62,411 nt of DNA from a virus: positions 1-62,411 of IMG/VR virus record IMGVR_UViG_3300024239_000003. One strand, given 5' to 3'. The notes beneath the pieces are model-generated. The model was not told where the DNA came from, searched no databases, and saw only the letters and a list, made by a program, of their open reading frames with translations. Every line of letters begins with the position of its first letter. The stretch's first letter is position 1. This document shows, one piece after another, positions 15,129 to 22,660 of this stretch. The translations under genes and the position numbers were made by a program.

Positions 15129-15595
15129 TGAGCGATGAAGTGAAAGAATTTGAACCTTACGTGCCGCCGCCCGTATACACGGGTGCTCGGCTCCCTCGCT
15201 GGGCCGATGCTGCGCACACGATGATCGACCTACTGGTGACGTTCCCCAATTTCGGGGAGTTGATGTTTACAGCCAGCCCGCGCGACACGGCGGAGCACGG
15301 CCGCGAGCTTTTCGCGCGCGCCCTAAAAGGCGATTTCGGCCCCATTGCTCCGTATCAGCCTCCCACTTATACCGACGAGCAGCTTGCGCAAATGGCGCGT
15401 GACAAGCGCGATCAGCTCCTTGGCGAGGCAGCAATACGCATAGCTCCGCTACAGGACGCGGTTGATCTTGGCGAAGCTACCCCGGAGGAGACGGCTGCTC
15501 TCACGGCCTGGAAGCGATACCGTATCGCGCTCAACCGGATCGAGCTGCAAGCGAGCTTTCCGCGCGACATCCAATGGCCGGAAAGGCCGGCTTGA
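15128..15595 (+). CDS. Tail fibre assembly chaperone
   Basis: C-terminus ...APLQDAVDLGEATPEETAALTAWKRYRIALNRI... is the classic tail-fibre-assembly motif. ATG 15128 overlaps the fibre stop (TGATG). Confidence 0.85.
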   Translation: MSDEVKEFEPYVPPPVYTGARLPRWADAAHTMIDLLVTFPNFGELMFTASPRDTAEHGRELFARALKGDFGPIAPYQPPTYTDEQLAQMARDKRDQLLGEAAIRIAPLQDAVDLGEATPEETAALTAWKRYRIALNRIELQASFPRDIQWPERPA

Positions 15596-15638
15596 CGCTC
15601 GCATGAGCGAGGCGGGAGAATCGGCGGCATGATCAAGC

Positions 15639-15719
15639 GAAATCTCACTCTGGTGTCACGCCAACCCTGAAACGCCCAGGGGCGCCCTCGTGCGCGCGTG
15701 TTCACCAGAATGAGATTTC
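15639..15719. repeat. 17-bp inverted repeat (one mismatch) ending 3 nt before the fibre B start
   Basis: GAAATCTCACTCTGGTG (15639-15655) pairs with CACCAGAATGAGATTTC (15703-15719). The loop is 47 nt. Confidence 0.8.
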
Positions 15720-15722
15720 ACC

Positions 15723-16706
15723 ATGCCCGTATTGCTCGCCAATAACGCGACCAGCCGTTTGGCTGGCTCCATCGCAACGACCGATGAGCAGATCGCCCTG
15801 AACGCAGGCGACGGCTCTCGGTTCCCTTCCCCTGGTACTGGCGAATGGTTCCCGCTGACCATAATCAACGCCGCCGGCGTCATGGAGATCGTTCACGCGA
15901 CCGCGCGCAGTGGCGACGTGGTGACGGTCCTGCGCGGCCGCGAGGGAACGCAACCAGCAGCATTCGCCGCCGGCGACCGGATCGAGCTGCGCGTGACCGC
16001 CGCTGTCATGGCCGAGAAGTTCGACAAGGGTGGCGGCACCATTACCGGGCCGGTCACGCTGACCGCCGACCTCACGACCTATCGGCCGGCATCGCCTGGA
16101 ACCGGCGTGGTCTTCCTCGGGAACAGCGGAAGCCGCTACCTGCACTGGGATGGCTCGAACTACATCATGCCCGGCGGGCATCTGTACGTGAACGGCAATC
16201 CGGTGTGGACCTCTGGCAACTTCAACCCGGCGAACTACCTGCCGCTCTCCGGCGGGACGATCAGCGGCGGGTTTCAGATCAACAGCACCGCGCCGCAGAT
16301 CAACCTGTACGACACCGACTGGGGCATGCGCTACCTGCACTGCAACGGCGGCCTCGTGGGCTTCCTGACCAGTGGCGGGGGCTGGGCCTGCTACTCGCAG
16401 AACGACGGAACTTTCATCGCCTCGGGCAACATCGGGGCGTATTCCGACCGCAAGCACAAGAAGCGCATCAGGCCGATCCGTGGCGCCCTGGCGCTGATCG
16501 AGCGCCTGCGCGGCGTGCGGTATGTGGACAAGCGCACCGGAGTCCAGCGCGTCGGCGTCATCGCTCAGGAGGTGCGCGGGGAGCTGCCGGAAGTTGTTGG
16601 CGAAGGGCCGGACGGCCTGCACGTCGATTACGGCAACATCGTCGGCCCGCTGATCGAGGCTGTGAAGGAGCTGGCGGCCAAAGTGCGCAAGCTGGAGGCT
16701 CGGTAA
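15723..16706 (+). CDS. Tail fibre B with C-terminal S74-type intramolecular chaperone domain
   Basis: The N-terminus is paralogous to fibre A. C-terminus SDRKHKKRIRPIRGALALIERLRGVRYVDK...GVIAQEV...VDYGNIVGPLIEAVKELAAKVRKLE matches the peptidase S74 chaperone pattern. Confidence 0.88.
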   Translation: MPVLLANNATSRLAGSIATTDEQIALNAGDGSRFPSPGTGEWFPLTIINAAGVMEIVHATARSGDVVTVLRGREGTQPAAFAAGDRIELRVTAAVMAEKFDKGGGTITGPVTLTADLTTYRPASPGTGVVFLGNSGSRYLHWDGSNYIMPGGHLYVNGNPVWTSGNFNPANYLPLSGGTISGGFQINSTAPQINLYDTDWGMRYLHCNGGLVGFLTSGGGWACYSQNDGTFIASGNIGAYSDRKHKKRIRPIRGALALIERLRGVRYVDKRTGVQRVGVIAQEVRGELPEVVGEGPDGLHVDYGNIVGPLIEAVKELAAKVRKLEAR

Positions 16707-17383
16707 TGGCTCTCCCAGGCTCTGGAACGATCTGGATTTCCCAGTTGCGCGACGAGTTCGGGAACTGGGGACCGCCCAACTACCTGTCGCACTACTATCG
16801 TGGTGCACTAACAACCGCGAACAACCTGAATGTGCCGACCGGCGGCGCGATCTACCTGAGCCAGTTCTACGGCGCGCAGAAGTCGGTCGCTGGCTCTCGC
16901 AGCTTCACGAGCCCCGGCACCTACAGCTTTACGATTCCGGTCTACAGCACTCTGCGCATCGACGTTCGCGGCGCAGGTGGCGGCGGTGGCGGATCTACCT
17001 ATGATGCTGGTTATCCTGGCTCGAATGGTGCTGCTGGCGGCGATGCAACGGTTTCCGGCACCGGCCTTCGAGGGAACGGTGGCGCAGGCGGCCAGGGCTC
17101 GTACTACAACAAGCCGGGCAAAGCGGCCAGCGGGTCCGGGTCCGGTGGTAACGTGCTGAACAGCACTGGCGCTGGCGCAGACGGCGGCGTCGGCGGAACC
17201 TACGGGGCGACCAAGGGCGGAGACGGTGGCGATGGCGGTCGCGCGGTTAGCGACTACGGGCCGGGCGCGCTCGGCGTCGGCGCAACGCTCACGGTGACGG
17301 TTCCATCGGGCGGTAATGGTGGTGCTGGGCAGGCGGCCGGCGCCAAAGGCGGGAATGGGGCGGTCTACATCTCGTGGACCTAA
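16706..17383 (+). CDS. Glycine-rich tail-associated protein
   Basis: ATG 16706 overlaps TAA. It carries ...RGAGGGGGGSTYDAGYPGSNGAAGGDA...GGNGGAGQAAGAKGGNGAVYISWT. The upstream part of ORF 15845..17383 is off-frame text. Confidence 0.75.
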   Translation: MALPGSGTIWISQLRDEFGNWGPPNYLSHYYRGALTTANNLNVPTGGAIYLSQFYGAQKSVAGSRSFTSPGTYSFTIPVYSTLRIDVRGAGGGGGGSTYDAGYPGSNGAAGGDATVSGTGLRGNGGAGGQGSYYNKPGKAASGSGSGGNVLNSTGAGADGGVGGTYGATKGGDGGDGGRAVSDYGPGALGVGATLTVTVPSGGNGGAGQAAGAKGGNGAVYISWT

Positions 17384-17422
17384 GCGAGGTAGAATGCGGC
17401 AAACAGCGAGGGCTGGAAAGAA

Positions 17423-19174
17423 ATGGCAATCATCAAGCTGATCGGCTTCACGGGAGAGGTCCCGAAGCTGAATGCGCGGCTCCTGCCGGACAACGCATCG
17501 CAGAACGCATTCAACACGCGCCTGACCGGCGGTGATCTGCGGCCGATCCGGCGCTCGCGCTTTCGCCACTTCTTCGGCGATGTGCCTCCCGGCGGATACA
17601 AGACGATCTACAAGAACGGTGCCGAGTGGCTGGGCTGGCCTGGGATCGTCAACGCTGCACCCGGACCTGTCGCGCAGGATCGTCTGTACTACATGGGCGA
17701 TGGAGCGCCCAAGATGCGCGTCGCTGGCACGGTCTACAATCTGGCCGTGCCGCGCCCGGCCAGCGCGCTGACCGCAAGCCTTGTTGGCACTCCATCGTCC
17801 ACGAGCCTCAGTGAAAGCCGGCTCTACGTCTACACCTTCGTGACCGCGTTCGGCGAGGAGTCGGAGCCGTGCCCTATCAGCAACGAGGTGGTCTGGAACC
17901 CTGGGCAGACCGTCACGCTGTCCGGCTTCCAGTCTCCGCCGGCTGGCCGGAATATCACCTTGCAGCGCATCTATCGCTCGCAATCCAGCACCAGCGGCAC
18001 TCAGCTCTATTTCATCGCCGAGCGCGCCGCGTCCAATGCCAACTTCTCCGACACCGTACCGCCGGCATCCATCGGCGAGCCGCTGCCGTCGCTCGACTGG
18101 AACGCTCCGCCTGACGGGCTGAAGGGCCTGATTCCGCTGCCCAACGGCATGATGGCCGCGTTCATGGGCAAGGACCTGTACTTCTGCGAGCCCTGGATGC
18201 CGCATGCGTGGCCCGAGAAGTACATCCTGACAATGGACTACGACATCGTCGGCCTGGGCGCATACGGCACTACGGTCGTGGTGATGACCACGGGCAACCC
18301 GTACATCGTCAGCGGCACCGCACCGGAGAACATGCAGTCGGAGAAGCTGGAGTTCAACCTGCCGTGTATCAACGCGCGCGGCATCCAAGACCTCGGCTAT
18401 GCCATAGCCTACCCGTCGAACGACGGCTTGGTGCTGGCGTCCGCCGGCGGCGTGCGCGTGGCGACCGAGGAGCTTTTCACACGGGAGAGCTGGCAGCAGC
18501 TTATCCCAGCGACGATGATCGCCGGCCAGCACGACGGGCGCTATTTCGCGGCCTACTCCTATTCCGACCGCACGAACCAAGAGCACCAGGGCAGCATTAT
18601 CCTTGATCTGGCGGGACGCGAAGGCTTCGTCTCCCGCGCCAGCATCTACCCGGATGCGTTCTTCTACGACATCACCGAGAGCAGGCTCTACTACCTCCTC
18701 GGCTCCGATGTGTACGAGTGGGATGCTATCGGCGAGGTAAACGAAATCCAGTCCTGGCGCTCGAAGCCCTTCATCTTGCCCAAGCCGACGAACATGGGCG
18801 CTGTCCTCATCGAAGCTCAGGTCGCACTCAGCGACGACGAGATCGCAGCTCTGGAGCAACTGGCTGAACAAATTCGGGCCGAGAACGCGGTGATTTTCGC
18901 GGCCGGCGACCTCGGCGGCGAGCTGAATGGCGCTGCCGTCAACGCCTTCGCAGTCAACGGCGACAAGCTCAAGCCGGTGCCGAGCGTCAGCCAGACCTGC
19001 TCGGTCAACGTGTACGCGGACGGAAAGCTGGCGGCCTCGATTGGCAGGCTCAACCGCATGGCACGCCTGCCGTCCGGCTTCAAGGCGCAGAAGTGGGAGG
19101 TCGAGGTGACGGGCGACATGGTCGTCGATCAGGTGCTCGTCGCCGGTACGGGCGCCGAGCTGGCGCAAGCGTGA
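17423..19174 (+). CDS. Large tail structural protein (nozzle/tubular-type, by position)
   Basis: 583 aa, SD GGAAAGAA upstream, normal composition, within the tail block. Confidence 0.8.
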   Translation: MAIIKLIGFTGEVPKLNARLLPDNASQNAFNTRLTGGDLRPIRRSRFRHFFGDVPPGGYKTIYKNGAEWLGWPGIVNAAPGPVAQDRLYYMGDGAPKMRVAGTVYNLAVPRPASALTASLVGTPSSTSLSESRLYVYTFVTAFGEESEPCPISNEVVWNPGQTVTLSGFQSPPAGRNITLQRIYRSQSSTSGTQLYFIAERAASNANFSDTVPPASIGEPLPSLDWNAPPDGLKGLIPLPNGMMAAFMGKDLYFCEPWMPHAWPEKYILTMDYDIVGLGAYGTTVVVMTTGNPYIVSGTAPENMQSEKLEFNLPCINARGIQDLGYAIAYPSNDGLVLASAGGVRVATEELFTRESWQQLIPATMIAGQHDGRYFAAYSYSDRTNQEHQGSIILDLAGREGFVSRASIYPDAFFYDITESRLYYLLGSDVYEWDAIGEVNEIQSWRSKPFILPKPTNMGAVLIEAQVALSDDEIAALEQLAEQIRAENAVIFAAGDLGGELNGAAVNAFAVNGDKLKPVPSVSQTCSVNVYADGKLAASIGRLNRMARLPSGFKAQKWEVEVTGDMVVDQVLVAGTGAELAQA

Positions 19175-19182
19175 GGTGATTC

Positions 19183-19527
19183 ATGTCCAGAAGCGGTAGC
19201 GAGATTGCACGCGCTCGCGCGCAGAATGCCCGGCAGACTCAGGGCGGGGTCGGCGTCGATCTGGCGACCGAGCGCGCGATAACCTCGATAGTCGAGCGCA
19301 TTATGAGCCAGCGCACGTCCGAGCAGGCCAAGGCTACGGAAAAGGTGCAGGTTCTCCTCGGCGAGCGCGGCGAAAAGCGGGACAGCGCCCTCCGGCGCGG
19401 TGAGCTTCTGCTGGGACTGGAACGCCTGCCCAGGGCTACGGCCGCGCCGACCATGGATCAGTACAATGCTCTCGTTGACGCCTTCAACAGCCTGATCATT
19501 GCCCTGGCCGATCTGGCACGCAAATAG
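19183..19527 (+). CDS. Hypothetical protein (114 aa)
   Basis: Compact ORF following the tail gene. Confidence 0.65.
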   Translation: MSRSGSEIARARAQNARQTQGGVGVDLATERAITSIVERIMSQRTSEQAKATEKVQVLLGERGEKRDSALRRGELLLGLERLPRATAAPTMDQYNALVDAFNSLIIALADLARK

Positions 19528-19537
19528 CTGGCCCGCT

Positions 19538-19552
19538 GTTTCGCTTTCGCAT
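19538..19552 (-). promoter_or_regulatory. AATCGAAAC-family site, inverted orientation (ATGCGAAAGCGAAAC)
   Basis: Plus strand reads GTTTCGCTTTCGCAT. Matches 13 of 15 positions of TTGCGAAATCGAAAC. Confidence 0.35.
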
Positions 19553-19557
19553 AGACT

Positions 19558-19574
19558 GTTTGCATTCGGCAAAC
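19558..19574. promoter_or_regulatory. Perfect palindrome GTTTGC-ATTCG-GCAAAC
   Basis: 6-5-6 inverted repeat with the same arms as the site at 47763. Lies 10 nt upstream of the GNAT start. Confidence 0.5.
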
Positions 19575-19583
19575 GGTGATGGT

Positions 19584-20018
19584 ATGGCGCGGATCATCTA
19601 CAACGACCCGGAACGACTGAAGGACTGGGCCGTCGAGCACTACCCTGACGCGGCAGTAGACGGCGACACCCATTCCATAGGGATGGAAATCGACGGTCAG
19701 CTCGTGGTCGTCACCCTGTACAACAACTTCACCCCCCACATGTGCAACATGCACGTCGTCAGCGATGGCGGCCGCCGCTGGTGTACGCGGGGGTTCCTCG
19801 CCGCAGCCTTCGCCTACCCATTCCACCAGCTCGGACTGAACAGGGTCACGGCCCTGGTGCCGGCAAAGAATAAGGCCGCGCTGAAGCTCGACATGTGGCT
19901 CGGGTTCAAGCCGGAGGGAACCATGGCCGAGGCCATGGGCGACGATGACCTGATCGTGCTGGGCATGCTCCGGCGCGACTGCATTTGGCTACCGGAGGAG
20001 CAGCATGGGCGGCGGTAA
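19584..20018 (+). CDS. GNAT-family N-acetyltransferase
   Basis: ...RRWCTRGFLAAAFAYPFHQLGLNRVTALVPAKNKAALKLDMWLGFKPEG... fits the GNAT core (acetyl-CoA motif A region). Confidence 0.7.
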   Translation: MARIIYNDPERLKDWAVEHYPDAAVDGDTHSIGMEIDGQLVVVTLYNNFTPHMCNMHVVSDGGRRWCTRGFLAAAFAYPFHQLGLNRVTALVPAKNKAALKLDMWLGFKPEGTMAEAMGDDDLIVLGMLRRDCIWLPEEQHGRR

Positions 20019-21144
20019 GGGCAAGAGCAAGGCTCCGGCGCCGGACCCGAATATCGGGCTCGCGGCGATGAAACAGGCGGAGATCGCCAGCGAATGGCTG
20101 GACTTCTCCAGGGAACAGTTCGGCGTGGCGAACGAGCGCCAGAAGGACATCGACGCGCTGACCAAGCGCGTGACCGAGCAGCAACTGGCAACCCAGGATC
20201 AGGCGAACCAGTGGGCCAAGGAAGACCGTTCCCGCTACATTGGCACCTATCGCCCGCTGGAAGACCAGTTCATCAACGAGGCGAAGACCTGGGACAGCGC
20301 CGACCGGCAGGCAGCGGCCGCCAGCGAGGCGCGCGCCGACGTGCTGGGCGCGGCAGACATGCAGCGCCAGACCAGCAATCGCCAGATGTCCGCCATGGGC
20401 GTAAACCCGAACAGCGGCCGCTTCGCCGGAACCCAGCGCGCGGGCGAGACTGCTACAGCCTTGGCCGCCGCCGGCGCCGCGAACAACTCCCGCGACCGTG
20501 TCCGCCAGCAGGGCATCGCCATGCGCGCCGACGCGATCAACATGGGGCGAGGCCTGCCATCCCAGGCGGCCGGCTCCGCAGGCCTCGGCCTGTCCGCCGG
20601 TAACTCGGCCCTGGGGAACAACCTGAGCGCCAATGCCTCGTGGCAGAACGGCCTGGGGATCATGACAAGCGGCTACGGCGGCGCGATGCAGGGCTACGGC
20701 AGTCAGGCGAGCATCCTGAATCAGCAGTATGCGAACCAGCTCAACGCCTGGAACTCGCAGCAGCAGGCGAACGCGCAGGGTACCGCCGGCCTGTGGAGCG
20801 GCATCGGCACCGCCGCCGGCCTCGGCATGATGGCCTTCTCCTCGAAGGAGCTGAAGGAGGACAAGGCGCCTGTCGATGGTGCGCTGGACGCAGTCAACTC
20901 TATGCCCGTCGAGGAGTGGAGCTACAAGGAAGGCGTCGCCGACGAGGGCCGCCACATCGGCCCCTATGCCGAAGACTTCCAGGCAGCCACCGGCATGGGC
21001 GACGGCAAGACCATCAACCTGATCGACGCGGTCGGCGTGAACATGAAGGCCGTGCAGGAGCTGGACCAGAAGGTCGAGAAGCTGGCTCGCAGCATTGGCA
21101 AGCGGCCGAAGGCTGGCAAATCGGAGCGGAGGGCAAACGCATGA
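20005..21144 (+). CDS. Internal virion protein with C-terminal S74-like chaperone domain
   Basis: Q/N/G/A-rich body. C-terminus SSKELKEDKAPVDGALDAVNSMPVEEWSYKEG...IGPYAEDF...LIDAVGVNMKAVQELDQKVEKL resembles the S74 domain. Confidence 0.75.
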   Translation: MGGGKGKSKAPAPDPNIGLAAMKQAEIASEWLDFSREQFGVANERQKDIDALTKRVTEQQLATQDQANQWAKEDRSRYIGTYRPLEDQFINEAKTWDSADRQAAAASEARADVLGAADMQRQTSNRQMSAMGVNPNSGRFAGTQRAGETATALAAAGAANNSRDRVRQQGIAMRADAINMGRGLPSQAAGSAGLGLSAGNSALGNNLSANASWQNGLGIMTSGYGGAMQGYGSQASILNQQYANQLNAWNSQQQANAQGTAGLWSGIGTAAGLGMMAFSSKELKEDKAPVDGALDAVNSMPVEEWSYKEGVADEGRHIGPYAEDFQAATGMGDGKTINLIDAVGVNMKAVQELDQKVEKLARSIGKRPKAGKSERRANA

Positions 21145-21416
21145 GCGGAGTAGGACTCGGGGCTTTCGCGCAAGGGCTCGCCGGTGGCGTGTCCATGGCC
21201 AAGTCTTTCAAGGACGGCAAGAAGAAGGGCGCTCCCGGCGCGGCCGCTGTCGCCGATCAGAAGCCCCTCGGCCTGGGCATCATCCAGTCTCTCGCAGGCG
21301 GCGATGGCGGATCGGCTGAGATCGTCGGCTCCGCACCGGCCGACAGCAGCGCCGGATCGTGGAGCGCGCTGGCGAACATCCTGGGCGGCATCATCAATTC
21401 GGACACGGGGGCCTGA
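21141..21416 (+). CDS. Small Gly/Ala-rich virion protein
   Basis: ATG 21141 overlaps the upstream stop (ATGA). 91 aa: MSGVGLGAFAQGLAGGVSMAKSF... Confidence 0.6.
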   Translation: MSGVGLGAFAQGLAGGVSMAKSFKDGKKKGAPGAAAVADQKPLGLGIIQSLAGGDGGSAEIVGSAPADSSAGSWSALANILGGIINSDTGA

Positions 21417-21418
21417 AG

Positions 21419-22651
21419 ATGGCAGGCAATTTCGGTATCGGCGTCGGCGCATTCATGGCCGGCTTGAACCAGGGCGTGCAGGCCTACGACACGATCCAGA
21501 AGGCGCGCGACCGCAAGGCGCTGCGCGACATCGCCACCCAGGGCACCGATGCGGCGAAGGCCGCGCGCGAGGCTGACATCGGCCGGTCGATCAACGTCGG
21601 CAGCAGGTCCGAGAACGGTGTCACCGTGCCGACCTACGAGGTCGGCGGCCAGAGCTACGCGAGCGAGGGTGACGCGCGCGCAGCCGCCGAGAAGCAGGTC
21701 GGCTCCTTCATGGACTACTACTCCAAGAGCGTGCTCCCGAAGTACCAAGAGCATTGGATGCAGACCGGCGAGGTGGACAAGGCTCAGGCGCTGGAAAAGT
21801 GGATGCAGGATCAGAACGTGCAGAAGGGCGTCAAGGCATGGGCCGGCGCCGTGCGCGCGTTTCAGGTGGGCGACCGCGAGGGGTTCAAGAAGAACCTGAT
21901 GGCCGCCTACAACCAGCAGGGCTATTTCCAAGACGGCATGGAAGCCGTGAGCATCGACGATGTGAACGACGACAAGGGCAACCTGCTCGGCTACAAGATC
22001 AAGTTCAAGGACCCGAAGGGCAAAGTCACCGAGCAGACCTACGACGGCGAGGACGTGGCGCGCCTTGGCCTGAACGCTCTGTCGCCGGCTGAGGTGCTGT
22101 CCTACGGCGTCGATCAGTTGAAGCAGGCCCAGGCCGCGCGCACCGAGCTGGCGAAGGAGAACCGCAAGTTCCAGCGCGACATCCAGGGCAAGAGCCTCGA
22201 CCAAGCCTACCGCCTGGAGGCCCAGGGCAACGCCTCGCAACTGCGCCGAGCCGAGGAGGCGGAGAAGCTGCGCACCGGCGGCGCCAGCACCAAGGTCCGC
22301 GACGCCGAGGCAATCGCCGCATGGCTGAAGCAGCAGGGCTACAGCGACGACTTCATCCGCGCCCAGGCGCCGCGACTGGTCGGCATCGAGGCGCAACAGA
22401 TGTCGCCGCAGAACCGGCTGAACTCCATTCTGGAGACGCTGAACAAGAGCCTCGACTTCCAAGACCTTTCGGACGACGAGAAGGTCCGCCGCGCCTACGA
22501 TGTCATGAAGATGCAGGACGAGATGCTGTCGAAGCGCTCTGGCGCTTCCGGCGGCGCGCCCAGTGGTGCGCCTGCTGCTGCCGCTCCGGTACAATCCGGC
22601 CGTGGCATCCCCGTGTGGGACAACAAGACGAACTCCCTGATTTATCGCTGA
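21419..22651 (+). CDS. Internal virion/ejection protein
   Basis: ATG 21419 right after the upstream TGA. 410 aa, immediately upstream of the giant virion gene. Confidence 0.75.
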   Translation: MAGNFGIGVGAFMAGLNQGVQAYDTIQKARDRKALRDIATQGTDAAKAAREADIGRSINVGSRSENGVTVPTYEVGGQSYASEGDARAAAEKQVGSFMDYYSKSVLPKYQEHWMQTGEVDKAQALEKWMQDQNVQKGVKAWAGAVRAFQVGDREGFKKNLMAAYNQQGYFQDGMEAVSIDDVNDDKGNLLGYKIKFKDPKGKVTEQTYDGEDVARLGLNALSPAEVLSYGVDQLKQAQAARTELAKENRKFQRDIQGKSLDQAYRLEAQGNASQLRRAEEAEKLRTGGASTKVRDAEAIAAWLKQQGYSDDFIRAQAPRLVGIEAQQMSPQNRLNSILETLNKSLDFQDLSDDEKVRRAYDVMKMQDEMLSKRSGASGGAPSGAPAAAAPVQSGRGIPVWDNKTNSLIYR

Positions 22652-22660
22652 GGAAAGCCC

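Noticed and set aside
13974-16706. A diversity-generating retroelement or a Gin/Cin invertible segment acting on the tail fibres
   Set aside because: There is no reverse transcriptase or invertase gene in the genome and no template/variable repeat pair. The only inverted repeat (15639-15719) flanks just 47 nt.
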